A stretch of DNA of 64,000 nucleotides from Lepidodermella squamata (Eukaryota; Animalia; Gastrotricha): the NCBI GenBank assembly GCA_047495785.1, contig JBLDXI010000004.1, positions 2,108,001-2,172,000 of the forward strand, written 5' to 3'. Below are positions 24,301 to 39,300 of this stretch, piece by piece (within the stretch, counting starts at the first letter, position 1; every line of letters starts with the position of its first letter). A model generated the notes under the pieces. The model searched no databases and had not been told where the DNA came from. It saw nothing but the letters and a program-made list of their open reading frames with translations. A program made the position numbers and the translations under genes.

Positions 24301-27300
24301 GTGCGAATCGCCTGCAAACGTGTTTGCCCGTGTTGCCACTATCAAATGAAGCAAGAATATGCGTGATTTGCCTGGGTACAGCACGATTCCGCATAGCTGC
24401 GATGCGTACAAGGGTTGAAAACAGCTTTCCAGCCTGTTTTGGCTGGCAGCGAATCGCCTGCAAACGTGTTTGCCCGTGTTGCCACTATCAAATGAAGCAA
24501 GAATATGCGTTATTTGCCTGGGTACAGCACGATTCCGCATAGCTGCGATGCGTACAAGGGTTGAAAACAGCTTTCCAGCCAGTTTTGGCTGGCAGCGAAA
24601 TATCGGTCATCCGAAATGTGTGCGAATCGCCTGCAAACGTGTTTGCCCGTGTTGCCACTATCAAATGAAGCAAGAATATGCGTGATTTGCCTGGCTTCAG
24701 CACGATTCCGATTAGCTGCGATGCGTACAAGGGTTGAAAACAGCGTTCCAGCCTGTTTTGGCTGGCAGCGAAATATCGGTCATCCGAAATGTGTGCGAAT
24801 CGCCTGCAAACGTGTTTGCCCGTGTTGCCACTATCAAATGAAGCAAGAATATGCGTGATTTGCCTGGGTACAGCACGATTCCGCATAGCTGCGATGCGTA
24901 CAAGGGTTGAAAACAGCTTTCCCGCCTGTTTTGGCTGGCAGCGAAATATCGGTCATCCGAAATGTGTGCGAATCGCCTGCAAACGTGTTTGCCCGTGTTG
25001 CCGCTATCAAATGAAGCAAGAATATGCGTGATTTGCCTGGGTACAGCACGATTCCGCATAGCTGCGATGCGTACAAGGGTTGAAAACAGCTTTCCAGCCT
25101 GTTTTGGCTGGCAGCGAAATATCGGTCATCCGAAATGTTAGCGAATCGCCCGCAAACGTGTTTGCCCGTGTTGCCACTATCAAATGAAGCAAGAATATGC
25201 GTGATTGGCCTGGGTACAGCACGATTCCGCATAGCTGCGATGCGTACAAGGGTTGAAAACAGCGTTCCCGCCTGTTTTGGCTGGCAGCGAAATATCGGTC
25301 ATCCGAAATGTGTGCGAATCGCCTGCAAACGTGTTTGCCCGTGTTGCCACTATCAAATGAAGCAAGAATATGCGTGATTTGCCTGGGTACAGCACGATTC
25401 CGCATAGCTGCGATGCGTACAAGGGTTGAAAACAGCGTTCCCGCCTGTTTTGGCTGGCAGCGAAATATCGGTCATCCGAAATGTTAGCGAATCGCCTGCA
25501 AACGTGTTTGCCCGTGTTGCCACTATCAAATGAAGCAAGAATATGCGTGATTTGCCTGGGTACAGCACGATTCCGCATAGCTGCGATGCGTACAAGGGTT
25601 GAAAACAGCGTTCCAGCCTGTTTTGGCTGGCAGCGAAATATCGGTCATCCGAAATGTGTGCGAATCGCCTGCAAACGTGTTTGCCCGTGTTGCCACTATC
25701 AAATGAAGCAAGAATATGCGTGATTTGCCTGGGTACAGCACGATTCCGCATAGCTGCGATGCGTACAAGGGTTGAAAACAGCGTTCCCGCCTGTTTTGGC
25801 TGGCAGCGAAATATCGGTCATCCGAAATGTTAGCGAATCGCCTGCAAACGTGTTTGCCCGTGTTGCCACTATCAAATGAAGCAAGAATATGCGTGATTTG
25901 CCTGGGTACAGCACGATTCCGCATAGCTGCGATGCGTACAAGGGTTGAAAACAGCTTTCCAGCCTGTTTTGGCTGGCAGCGAAATATCGGTCATCCGAAA
26001 TGTGTGCGAATCGCCTGCAAACGTGTTTGCCCGTGTTGCCACTATCAAATGAAGCAAAAATATGCGTGATTTGCCTGGGTACAGCACGATTCCGCATAGC
26101 TGCGATGCGTACAAGGGTTGAAAACAGCGTTCCCGCCTGTTTTGGCTGGCAGCGAAATATCGGTCATCCGAAATGTTAGCGAATCGCCTGCAAACGTGTT
26201 TGCCCGTGTTGCCACTATCAAATGAAGGAAGAAAATGCGTGATTTGCCTGGGTACAGCACGATTCCGCATAGCTGCGATGCGTACAAGGGTTGAAAACAG
26301 CTTTCCAGCCTGTTTTGGCTGGCAGCGAAATATCGGTCATCCGAAATGTGTGCGAATCGCCTGCAAACGTGTTTGCCCGTGTTGCCACTATCAAATGAAG
26401 CAAGAATATGCGTGATTTGCCTGGGTACAGCACGATTCCGCATAGCTGCGATGCGTACAAGGGTTGAAAACAGCTTTCCAGCCTGTTTTGGCTGGCAGCG
26501 AATCGCCTGCAAACGTGTTTGCCCGTGTTGCCACTATCAAATGAAGCAAGAATATGCGTTATTTGCCTGGGTACAGCACGATTCCGCATAGCTGCGATGC
26601 GTACAAGGGTTGAAAACAGCTTTCCAGCCAGTTTTGGCTGGCAGCGAAATATCGGTCATCCGAAATGTGTGCGAATCGCCTGCAAACGTGTTTGCCCGTG
26701 TTGCCACTATCAAATGAAGCAAGAATATGCGTGATTTGCCTGGCTTCAGCACGATTCCGATTAGCTGCGATGCGTACAAGGGTTGAAAACAGCGTTCCAG
26801 CCTGTTTTGGCTGGCAGCGAAATATCGGTCATCCGAAATGTGTGCGAATCGCCTGCAAACGTGTTTGCCCGTGTTGCCACTATCAAATGAAGCAAGAATA
26901 TGCGTGATTTGCCTGGGTACAGCACGATTCCGCATAGCTGCGATGCGTACAAGGGTTGAAAACAGCTTTCCCGCCTGTTTTGGCTGGCAGCGAAATATCG
27001 GTCATCCGAAATGTGTGCGAATCGCCTGCAAACGTGTTTGCCCGTGTTGCCGCTATCAAATGAAGCAAGAATATGCGTGATTTGCCTGGGTACAGCACGA
27101 TTCCGCATAGCTGCGATGCGTACAAGGGTTGAAAACAGCTTTCCAGCCTGTTTTGGCTGGCAGCGAAATATCGGTCATCCGAAATGTTAGCGAATCGCCT
27201 GCAAACGTGTTTGCCCGTGTTGCCACTATCAAATGAAGCAAGAAAATGCGTGATTTGCCTGGGTACAGCACGATTCCGCATAGCTGCGATGCGTACAAGG

Positions 27301-30300
27301 GTTGAAAACAGCTTTCCAGCCTGTTTTGGCTGGCAGCGAAATATCGGTCATCCGAAATGTTAGCGAATCGCCCGCAAACGTGTTTGCCCCTGTTGCCACT
27401 ATCAAATGAAGCAAGAATATGCGTGATTTGCCTGGGTACAGCACGATTCCGCATAGCTGCGATGCGTACAAGGGTTGAAAACAGCGTTCCCGCCTGTTTT
27501 GGCTGGCAGCGAAATATCGGTCATCCGAAATGTTAGCGAATCGCCTGCAAACGTGTTTGCCCGTGTTGCCACTATCAAATGAAGCAAGAATATGCGTGAT
27601 TTGCCTGGGTACAGCACGATTCCGCATAGCTGCGATGCGTACAAGGGTTGAAAACAGCGTTCCAGCCTGTTTTGGCTGGCAGCGAAATATCGGTCATCCG
27701 AAATGTGTGCGAATCGCCTGCAAACGTGTTTGCCCGTGTTGCCACTATCAAATGAAGCAAGAATATGCGTGATTTGCCTGGGTACAGCACGATTCCGCAT
27801 AGCTGCGATGCGTACAAGGGTTGAAAACAGCGTTCCCGCCTGTTTTGGCTGGCAGCGAAATATCGGTCATCCGAAATGTTAGCGAATCGCCTGCAAACGT
27901 GTTTGCCCGTGTTGCCACTATCAAATGAAGCAAGAATATGCGTGATTTGCCTGGGTACAGCACGATTCCGCATAGCTGCGATGCGTACAAGGGTTGAAAA
28001 CAGCTTTCCAGCCTGTTTTGGCTGGCAGCGAAATATCGGTCATCCGAAATGTGTGCGAATCGCCTGCAAACGTGTTTGCCCGTGTTGCCACATTCAAATG
28101 AAGCAAAAATATGCGTGATTTGCCTGGGTACAGCACGATTCCGCATAGCTGCGATGCGTACAAGGGTTGAAAACAGCTTTCCAGCCTGTTTTGGCTGGCA
28201 GCGAAATATCGGTCATCCGAAATGTGTGCGAATCGCCTGCAAACGTGTTTGCCCGTGTTGCCACTATCAAATGAAGCAAGAATATGCGTGATTTGCCTGG
28301 GTACAGCACGATTCCGCATAGCTGCGATGCGTACAAGGGTTGAAAACAGCGTTCCCGCCTGTTTTGGCTGGCAGCGAAATATCGGTCATCCGAAATGTTA
28401 GCGAATCGCCTGCAAACGTGTTTGCCCGTGTTGCCACTATCAAATGAAGCAAGAAAATGCGTGATTTGCCTGGGTACAGCACGATTCCGCATAGCTGCGA
28501 TGCGTACAAGGGTTGAAAACAGCTTTCCAGCCTGTTTTGGCTGGCAGCGAAATATCGGTCATCCGAAATGTGTGCGAATCGCCTGCAAACGTGTTTGCCC
28601 GTGTTGCCACTATCAAATGAAGCAAGAATATGCGTGATTTCCCTGGGTACAGCACGATTCCGCATAGCTGCGATGCGTACAAGGGTTGAAAACAGCTTTC
28701 CAGCCTGTTTTGGCTGGCAGCGAATCGCCTGCAAACGTGTTTGCCCGTGTTGCCACTATCAAATGAAGCAAGAATATGCGTGATTTGCCTGGGTACAGCA
28801 CGATTCCGCATAGCTGCGATGCGTACAAGGGTTGAAAACAGCTTTCCAGCCTGTTTTGGCTGGCAGCGAATCGCCTGCAAACGTGTTTGCCCGTGTTGCC
28901 ACTATCAAATGAAGCAAGAATATGCGTGATTGGCCTGGGTACAGCACGATTCCGCATAGCTGCGATGCGTACAAGGGTTGAAAACAGCTTTCCAGCCAGT
29001 TTTGGCTGGCAGCGAAATATCGGTCATCCGAAATGTGTGCGAATCGCCTGCAAACGTGTTTGCCCGTGTTGCCACTATCAAATGAAGCAAGAATATGCGT
29101 GATTTGCCTGGCTTCAGCACGATTCCGATTAGCTGCGATGCGTACAAGGGTTGAAAACAGCGTTCCAGCCTGTTTTGGCTGGCAGCGAAATATCGGTCAT
29201 CCGAAATGTGTGCGAATCGCCTGCAAACGTGTTTGCCCGTGTTGCCACTATCAAATGAAGCAAGAATATGCGTGATTTGCCTGGGTACAGCACGATTCCG
29301 CATAGCTGCGATGCGTACAAGGGTTGAAAACAGCGTTCCCGCCTGTTTTGGCTGGCAGCGAAATATCGGTCATCCGAAATGTTAGCGAATCGCCTGCAAA
29401 CGTGTTTGCCCGTGTTGCCACTATCAAATGAAGCAAGAATATGCGTGATTTGCCTGGGTACAGCACGATTCCGCATAGCTGCGATGCGTACAAGGGTTGA
29501 AAACAGCGTTCCCGCCTGTTTTGGCTGGCAGCGAAATATCGGTCATCCGAAATGTTAGCGAATCGCCTGCAAACGTGTTTGCCCGTGTTGCCACTATCAA
29601 ATGAAGCAAGAATATGCGTGATTTGCCTGGGTACAGCACGATTCCGCATAGCTGCGATGCGTACAAGGGTTGAAAACAGCGTTCCCGCCTGTTTTGGCTG
29701 GCAGCGAAATATCCGTCATCCGAAATGTGTGCGAATCGCCTGCAAACGTGTTTGCCCGTGTTGCCACTATCAAATGAAGCAAGAATATGCGTGATTTGCC
29801 TGGGTACAGCACGATTCCGCATAGCTGCGATGCGTAAAAGGGTTGAAAACAGCTTTCCAGCCTGTTTTGGCTGGCAGCGAAATATCGGTCATCCGAAATG
29901 TTAGCGAATCGCCTGCAAACGTGTTTGCCCGTGTTGCCACTATCAAATGAAGCAAGAATATGCGTGATTTGCCTGGGTACAGCACGATTCCGCATAGCTG
30001 CGATGCGTACAAGGGTTGAAAACAGCGTTCCAGCCTGTTTTGGCTGGCAGCGAAATATCGGTCATCCGAAATGTGTGCGAATCGCCTGCAAACGTGTTTG
30101 CCCGTGTTGCCACATTCAAATGAAGCGAGAATATGCGTGATTTGCCTGGGTACAGCACGATTCCGCATAGCTGCGATGCGTACAAGGGTTGAAAACAGCG
30201 TTCCAGCCTGTTTTGGCTGGCAGCGAAATATCGGTCATCCGAAATGTTAGCGAATCGCCTGCAAACGTGTTTGCCCGTGTTGCCACTATCAAATGAAGCA

Positions 30301-33300
30301 AGAATATGCGTGATTTGCCTGGGTACAGCACGATTCCGCATAGCTGCGATGCGTACAAGGGTTGAAAACAGCTTTCCAGCCTGTTTTGGCTGGCAGCGAA
30401 ATATCGGTCATCCGAAATGTGTGCGAATCGCCTGCAAACGTGTTTGCCCGTGTTGCCACTATCAAATGAAGCAAGAATATGCGTGATTTGCCTGGGTACA
30501 GCACGATTCCGCATAGCTGCGATGCGTACAAGGGTTGAAAACAGCTTTCCAGCCTGTTTTGGCTGGCAGCGAAATATCGGTCATCCGAAATGTGTGCGAA
30601 TCGCCTGCAAACGTGTTTGCCCGTGTTGCCACTATCAAATGAAGCAAGAATATGCGTGATTTGCCTGGGTACAGCACGATTCCGCATAGCTGCGATGCGT
30701 ACAAGGGTTGAAAACAGCTTTCCAGCCTGTTTTGGCTGGCAGCGAAATATCGGTCATCCGAAATGTGTGCGAATCGCCTGCAAACGTGTTTGCCCGTGTT
30801 GCCACTATCAAATGAAGCAAGAATATGCGTGATTTGCCTGGGTACAGCACGATTCCGCATAGCTGCGATGCGTACAAGGGTTGAAAACAGCTTTCCAGCC
30901 TGTTTTGGCTGGCAGCGAAATATCGGTCATCCGAAATGTGTGCGAATCGCCTGCAAACGTGTTTGCCCGTGTTGCCACTATCAAATGAAGCAAGAATATG
31001 CGTGATTTGCCTGGGTACAGCACGATTCCGCATAGCTGCGATGCGTACAAGGGTTGAAAACAGCTTTCCAGCCTGTTTTGGCTGGCAGCGAAATATCGGT
31101 CATCCGAAATGTGTGCGAATCGCCTGCAAACGTGTTTGCCCGTGTTGCCACTATCAAATGAAGCAAGAATATGCGTGATTTGCCTGGGTACAGCACGATT
31201 CCGCATAGCTGCGATGCGTACAAGGGTTGAAAACAGCTTTCCAGCCTGTTTTGGCTGGCAGCGAAATATCGGTCATCCGAAATGTGTGCGAATCGCCTGC
31301 AAACGTGTTTGCCCGTGTTGCCACTATCAAATGAAGCAAGAATATGCGTGATTTGCCTGGGTACAGCACGATTCCGCATAGCTGCGATGCGTACAAGGGT
31401 TGAAAACAGCTTTCCAGCCTGTTTTGGCTGGCAGCGAAATATCGGTCATCCGAAATGTGTGCGAATCGCCTGCAAACGTGTTTGCCCGTGTTGCCACTAT
31501 CAAATGAAGCAAGAATATGCGTGATTTGCCTGGGTACAGCACGATTCCGCATAGCTGCGATGCGTACAAGGGTTGAAAACAGCTTTCCAGCCTGTTTTGG
31601 CTGGCAGCGAAATATCGGTCATCCGAAATGTGTGCGAATCGCCTGCAAACGTGTTTGCCCGTGTTGCCACTATCAAATGAAGCAAGAATATGCGTGATTT
31701 GCCTGGGTACAGCACGATTCCGCATAGCTGCGATGCGTACAAGGGTTGAAAACAGCTTTCCAGCCTGTTTTGGCTGGCAGCGAAATATCGGTCATCCGAA
31801 ATGTGTGCGAATCGCCTGCAAACGTGTTTGCCCGTGTTGCCACTATCAAATGAAGCAAGAATATGCGTGATTTGCCTGGGTACAGCACGATTCCGCATAG
31901 CTGCGATGCGTACAAGGGTTGAAAACAGCGTTCCAGCCTGTTTTGGCTGGCAGCGAAATATCGGTCATCCGAAATGTGTGCGAATCGCCTGCAAACGTGT
32001 TTGCCCGTGTTGCCACTATCAAATGAAGCAAGAATATGCGTGATTTGCCTGGGTACAGCACGATTCCGCATAGCTGCGATGCGTAAAAGGGTTGAAAACA
32101 GCTTTCCAGCCTGTTTTGGCTGGCAGCGAAATATCGGTCATCCGAAATGTGTGCGAATCGCCTGCAAACGTGTTTGCCCGTGTTGCCACTATCAAATGAA
32201 GCAAGAATATGCGTGATTTGCCTGGGTACAGCACGATTCCGCATAGCTGCGATGCGTACAAGGGTTGAAAACAGCTTTCCAGCCTGTTTTGGCTGGCAGC
32301 GAAATATCGGTCATCCGAAATGTGTGCGAATCGCCTGCAAACGTGTTTGCCCGTGTTGCCACATTCAAATGAAGCAAGAATATGCGTGATTTGCCTGGCT
32401 TCAGCACGATTCCGATTAGCTGCGATGCGTACAAGGGTTGAAAACAGCGTTCCAGCCTGTTTTGGCTGGCAGCGAAATATCGGTCATCCGAAATGTGTGC
32501 GAATCGCCTGCAAACGTGTTTGCCCGTGTTGCCACATTCAAATGAAGCAAGAATATGCGTGATTTGCCTGGGTACAGCACGATTCCGCATAGCTGCGATG
32601 CGTACAAGGGTTGAAAACAGCTTTCCAGCCTGTTTTGGCTGGCAGCGAAATATCGGTCATCCGAAATGTTAGCGAATCGCCTGCAAACGTGTTTGCCCGT
32701 GTTGCCACTATCAAATGAAGCAAGAATATGCGTGATTTGCCTGGGTACAGCACGATTCCGCATAGCTGCGATGCGTACAAGGGTTGAAAACAGCTTTCCA
32801 GCCTGTTTTGGCTGGCAGCGAAATATCGGTCATCCGAAATGTGTGCGAATCGCCTGCAAACGTGTTTGCCCGTGTTGCCACATTCAAATGAAGCAAGAAT
32901 ATGCGTGATTTGCCTGGGTACAGCACGATTCCGCATAGCTGCGATGCGTACAAGGGTTGAAAACAGCGTTCCAGCCTGTTTTGGCTGGCAGCGAAATATC
33001 GGTCATCCGAAATGTGTGCGAATCGCCTGCAAACGTGTTTGCCCGTGTTGCCACTATCAAATGAAGCAAGAATATGCGTGATTTGCCTGGGTACAGCACG
33101 ATTCCGCATAGCTGCGATGCGTACAAGGGTTGAAAACAGCTTTCCAGCCTGTTTTGGCTACCAGCGAAATATCGGTCATCCGAAATGTGTGCGAATCGCC
33201 TGCAAACGTGTTTGCCCGTGTTGCCACTATCAAATGAAGCAAGAATATGCGTGATTTGCCTGGGTACAGCACGATTCCGCATAGCTGCGATGCGTACAAG

Positions 33301-36300
33301 GGTTGAAAACAGCTTTCCAGCCTGTTTTGGCTGGCAGCGAAATATCGGTCATCCGAAATGTGTGCGAATCGCCCGCAAACGTGTTTGCCCGTGTTGCCAC
33401 TATCAAATGAAGCAAGAATATGCGTGATTTGATTGGGTTCAGAGCGATTCCGATTAGCTGCGATGCGTACAAGGGTTGAAAACAGCTTTCCAGCCAGTTT
33501 TGGCTGGCAGCGAAATATCGGTCATCCGAAATGTGTGCGAATCGCCTGCAAACGTGTTTGCCCGTGTTGCCACTATCAAATGAAGCAAGAATATGCGTGA
33601 TTTGCCTGGGTACAGCACGATTCCGCATAGCTGCGATGCGTACAAGGGTTGAAAACAGCTTTCCAGCCTGTTTTGGCTGGCAGCGAAATATCGGTCATCC
33701 GAAATGTTAGCGAATCGCCTGCAAACGTGTTTGCCCGTGTTGCCACTATCAAATGAAGCAAGAATATGCGTGGTTTGCCTGGCTTCAGCACGATTCCGAT
33801 TAGCTGCGATGCGTACAAGGGTTGAAAACAGCTTTCCAGCCTGTTTTGGCTGGCAGCGAAATATCGGTCATCCGAAATGTGTGCGAATCGCCTGCAAACG
33901 TGTTTGCCCGTGTTGCCACTATCAAATGAAGCAAGAATATGCGTGATTTGCCTGGGTACAGCACGATTCCGCATAGCTGCGATGCGTACAAGGGTTGAAA
34001 ACAGCTTTCCAGCCTGTTTTGGCTGGCAGCGAAATATCGGTCATCCGAAATGTTAGCGAATCGCCTGCAAACGTGTTTGCCCGTGTTGCCACTATCAAAT
34101 GAAGCAAGAATATGCGTGGTTTGCCTGGCTTCAGCACGATTCCGATTAGCTGCGATGCGTACAAGGGTTGAAAACAGCGTTCCAGCCTGTTTTGGCTGGC
34201 AGCGAAATATCGGTCATCCGAAATGTGTGCGAATCGCCTGCAAACGTGTTTGCCCGTGTTGCCACTATCAAATGAAGCAAGAATATGCGTGATTTGCCTG
34301 GGTACAGCACGATTCCGCATAGCTGCGATGCGTACAAGGGTTGAAAACAGCTTTCCAGCCTGTTTTGGCTGGCAGCGAAATATCGGTCATCCGAAATGTT
34401 AGCGAATCGCCTGCAAACGTGTTTGCCCGTGTTGCCACTATCAAATGAAGCAAGAATATGCGTGGTTTGCCTGGCTTCAGCACGATTCCGATTAGCTGCG
34501 ATGCGTACAAGGGTTGAAAACAGCGTTCCAGCCTGTTTTGGCTGGCAGCGAAAAATCGGTCATCCGAAATGTGTGCGAATCGCCTGCAAACGTGTTTGCC
34601 CGTGTTGCCACTATCAAATGAAGCAAGAATATGCGTGATTTGCCTGGGTACAGCACGATTCCGCATAGCTGCGATGCGTACAAGGGTTGAAAACAGCTTT
34701 CCAGCCTGTTTTGGCTGGCAGCGAAATATCGGTCATCCGAAATGTTAGCGAATCGCCTGCAAACGTGTTTGCCCGTGTTGCCACTATCAAATGAAGCAAG
34801 AATATGCGTGGTTTGCCTGGCTTCAGCACGATTCCGATTAGCTGCGATGCGTACAAGGGTTGAAAACAGCGTTCCAGCCTGTTTTGGCTGGCAGCGAAAA
34901 ATCGGTCATCCGAAATGTGTGCGAATCGCCTGCAAACGTGTTTGCCCGTGTTGCCACTATCAAATGAAGCAAGAATATGCGTGATTTGCCTGGGTACAGC
35001 ACGATTCCGTATAGCTGCGATGCGTACAAGGGTTGAAAACAGCGTTCCCGCCTGTTTTGGCTGGCAGCGAAATATCGGTCATCCGAAATGTGTGCGAATC
35101 GCCTGCAAACGTGTTTGCCCGTGTTGCCACTATCAAATGAAGCAAGAATATGCGTGATTTGCCTGGCTTCAGCACGATTCCGATTAGCTGCGATGCGTAC
35201 AAGGGTTGAAAACAGCTTTCCAGCCTGTTTTGGCTGGCAGCGAAATATCGGTCATCCGAAATGTGTGCGAATCGCCTGCAAACGTGTTTGCCCGTGTTGC
35301 CACTATCAAATGAAGCAAGAATATGCGTGATTGGCCTGGGTACAGCACGATTCCGCATAGCTGCGATGCGTACAAGGGTTGAAAACAGCGTTCCCGCCTG
35401 TTTTGGCTGGCAGCGAAAAATCGGTCATCCGAAATGTTAGCGAATCGCCCGCAAACGTGTTTGCCCGTGTTGCCACTATCAAATGAAGCAAGAATATGCG
35501 TGATTTGCCTGGGTTCAGCACGTTTCCGATTAGCTGCGATGCGTACAAGGGTTGAAAACAGCGTTCCAGCCTGTTTTGGCTGGCAGCGAAATATCGGTCA
35601 TCCGAAATGTGTGCGAATCGCCTGCAAACGTGTTTGCCCGTGTTGCCACTATCAAATGAAGCAAGAATATGCGTGATTGGCCTGGGTACAGCACGATTCC
35701 GCATAGCTGCGATGCGTACAAGGGTTGAAAACAGCTTTCCAGCCTGTTTTGGCTGGCAGCGAAATATCGGTCATTCGAAATGTGTGCGAATCGCCTGCAA
35801 ACGATTTTGCCCGTGTTGCCACTATCAAATGAAGCAAGAATATGCGTGATTTGATTGGGTTCAGCGCGATTCCGATTAGCTGCGATGCGTACAAGGGTTG
35901 AAAACAGCTTTCCAGCCAGTTTTGGCTGGCAGCGAAATATCGGTCATCCGAAATGTTAGCGAATCGCCCGCAAACGTGTTTGCCCGTGTTGCCACTATCA
36001 AATGAAGCAAGAATATGCGTGATTGGCCTGGGTACAGCACGATTCCGCATAGCTGCGATGCGTACAAGGGTTGAAAACAGCGTTCCCGCCTGTTTTGGCT
36101 GGCAGCGAAAAATCGGTCATCCGAAATGTGTGCGAATCGCCTGCAAACGTGTTTGCCCGTGTTGCCACTATCAAATGAAGCAAGAATATGCGTGATTTGC
36201 CTGGGTACAGCACGATTCCGTATAGCTGCGATGCGTACAAGGGTTGAAAACAGCGTTCCCGCCTGTTTTGGCTGGCAGCGAAATATCGGTCATCCGAAAT

Positions 36301-39300
36301 GTGTGCGAATCGCCTGCAAACGTGTTTGCCCGTGTTGCCACTATCAAATGAAGCAAGAATATGCGTGATTTGATTGGGTTCAGCGCGATTCCGATTAGCT
36401 GCGATGCGTACAAGGGTTGAAAACAGCGTTCCCGCCTGTTTTGGCTGGCAGCGAAATATCGGTCATCCGAAATGTGTGCGAATCGCCTGCAAACGTGTTT
36501 GCCCGTGTTGCCACTATCAAATGAAGCAAGAATATGCGTGATTTGCCTGGGTACAGCACGATTCCGTATAGCTGCGATGCGTACAAGGGTTGAAAACAGC
36601 GTTCCCGCCTGTTTTGGCTGGCAGCGAAATATCGGTCATCCGAAATGTGTGCGAATCGCCTGCAAACGTGTTTGCCCGTGTTGCCACTATCAAATGAAGC
36701 AAGAATATGCGTGATTTGCCTGGGTACAGCACGATTCCGCATAGCTGCGATGCGTACAAGGGTTGAAAACAGCGTTCCCGCCTGTTTTGGCTGGCAGCGA
36801 AATATCGGTCATCCGAAATGTTAGCGAATCGCCTGCAAACGTGTTTGCCCGTGTTGCCACTATCAAATGAAGCAAGAATATGCGTGGTTTGCCTGGCTTC
36901 AGCACGATTCCGATTAGCTGCGATGCGTACAAGGGTTGAAAACAGCTTTCCAGCCTGTTTTGGCTGGCAGCGAAATATCGGTCATCCGAAATGTGTGCGA
37001 ATCGCCTGCAAACGTGTTTGCCCGTGTTGCCACTATCAAATGAAGCAAGAATATGCGTGATTTGCCTGGGTACAGCACGATTCCGCATAGCTGCGATGCG
37101 TACAAGGGTTGAAAACAGCTTTCCAGCCTGTTTTGGCTGGCAGCGAAATATCGGTCATCCGAAATGTTAGCGAATCGCCTGCAAACGTGTTTGCCCGTGT
37201 TGCCACTATCAAATGAAGCAAGAATATGCGTGGTTTGCCTGGCTTCAGCACGATTCCGATTAGCTGCGATGCGTACAAGGGTTGAAAACAGCGTTCCAGC
37301 CTGTTTTGGCTGGCAGCGAAAAATCGGTCATCCGAAATGTGTGCGAATCGCCTGCAAACGTGTTTGCCCGTGTTGCCACTATCAAATGAAGCAAGAATAT
37401 GCGTGATTTGCCTGGGTACAGCACGATTCCGTATAGCTGCGATGCGTACAAGGGTTGAAAACAGCGTTCCCGCCTGTTTTGGCTGGCAGCGAAATATCGG
37501 TCATCCGAAATGTGTGCGAATCGCCTGCAAACGTGTTTGCCCGTGTTGCCACTATCAAATGAAGCAAGAATATGCGTGATTTGCCTGGGTACAGCACGAT
37601 TCCGCATAGCTGCGATGCGTACAAGGGTTGAAAACAGCGTTCCCGCCTGTTTTGGCTGGCAGCGAAATATCGGTCATCCGAAATGTTAGCGAATCGCCCG
37701 CAAACGTGTTTGCCCGTGTTGCCACTATCAAATGAAGCAAGAATATGCGTGATTTGCCTGGGTACAGCACGATTCCGCATAGCTGCGATGCGTACAAGGG
37801 TTGAAAACAGCGTTCCCGCCTGTTTTGGCTGGCAGCGAAATATCGGTCATCCGAAATGTTAGCGAATCGCCTGCAAACGTGTTTGCCCGTGTGGCCACTA
37901 TCAAATGAAGCAAGAATATGCGTGATTTGCCTGGCTTCAGCACGATTCCGATTAGCTGCGATGCGTACAAGGGTTGAAAACAGCGTTCCAGCCTGTTTTG
38001 GCTGGCAGCGAAAAATCGGTCATCCGAAATGTGTGCGAATCGCCTGCAAACGTGTTTGCCCGTGTTGCCACTATCAAATGAAGCAAGAATATGCGTGATT
38101 TGCCTGGGTACAGCACGATTCCGCATAGCTGCGATGCGTACAAGGGTTGAAAACAGCTTTCCAGCCTGTTTTGGCTGGCAGCGAAATATCGGTCATCCGA
38201 AATGTGTGCGAATCGCCTGCAAACGTGTTTGCCCGTGTTGCCACTATCAAATGAAGCAAGAATATGCGTGATTTGCCTGGGTACAGCACGATTCCGCATA
38301 GCTGCGATGCGTACAAGGGTTGAAAACAGCTTTCCAGCCTGTTTTGGCTGGCAGCGAAATATCGGTCATCCGAAATGTTAGCGAATCGCCTGCAAACGTG
38401 TTTGCCCGTGTTGCCACTATCAAATGAAGCAAGAATATGCGTGGTTTGCCTGGCTTCAGCACGATTCCGATTAGCTGCGATGCGTACAAGGGTTGAAAAC
38501 AGCGTTCCAGCCTGTTTTGGCTGGCAGCGAAAAATCGGTCATCCGAAATGTGTGCGAATCGCCTGCAAACGTGTTTGCCCGTGTTGCCACTATCAAATGA
38601 AGCAAGAATATGCGTGATTTGCCTGGGTACAGCACGATTCCGCATAGCTGCGATGCGTACAAGGGTTGAAAACAGCGTTCCCGCCTGTTTTGGCTGGCAG
38701 CGAAATATCGGTCATCCGAAATGTGTGCGAATCGCTTGCAAACGTGTTTGCCCGTGTTGCCACTATCAAATGAAGCAAGAATATGCGTGATTTGCCTGGG
38801 TACAGCACGATTCCGCATAGCTGCGATGCGTACAAGGGTTGAAAACAGCGTTCCCGCCTGTTTTGGCTGGCAGCGAAATATCGGTCATCCGAAATGTTAG
38901 CGAATCGCCCGCAAACGATTTTGCCCGTGTTGCCACTATCAAATGAAGCAAGAATATGCGTGATTTGATTGGGTTCAGCACGATTCCGCATAGCTGCGAT
39001 GCGTACAAGGGTTGAAAACAGCTTTCCAGCCTGTTTTGGCTGGCAGCGAAATATCGGTCATTCGAAATGTGTGCGAATCGCCTGCAAACGATTTTGCCCG
39101 TGTTGCCACTATCAAATGAAGCAAGAATATGCGTGATTTGATTGGGTTCAGCGCGATTCCGATTAGCTGCGATGCGTACAAGGGTTGAAAACAGCTTTCC
39201 AGCCAGTTTTGGCTGGCAGCGAAATATCGGTCATCCGAAATGTTAGCGAATCGCCCGCAAACGTGTTTGCCCGTGTTGCCACTATCAAATGAAGCAAGAA

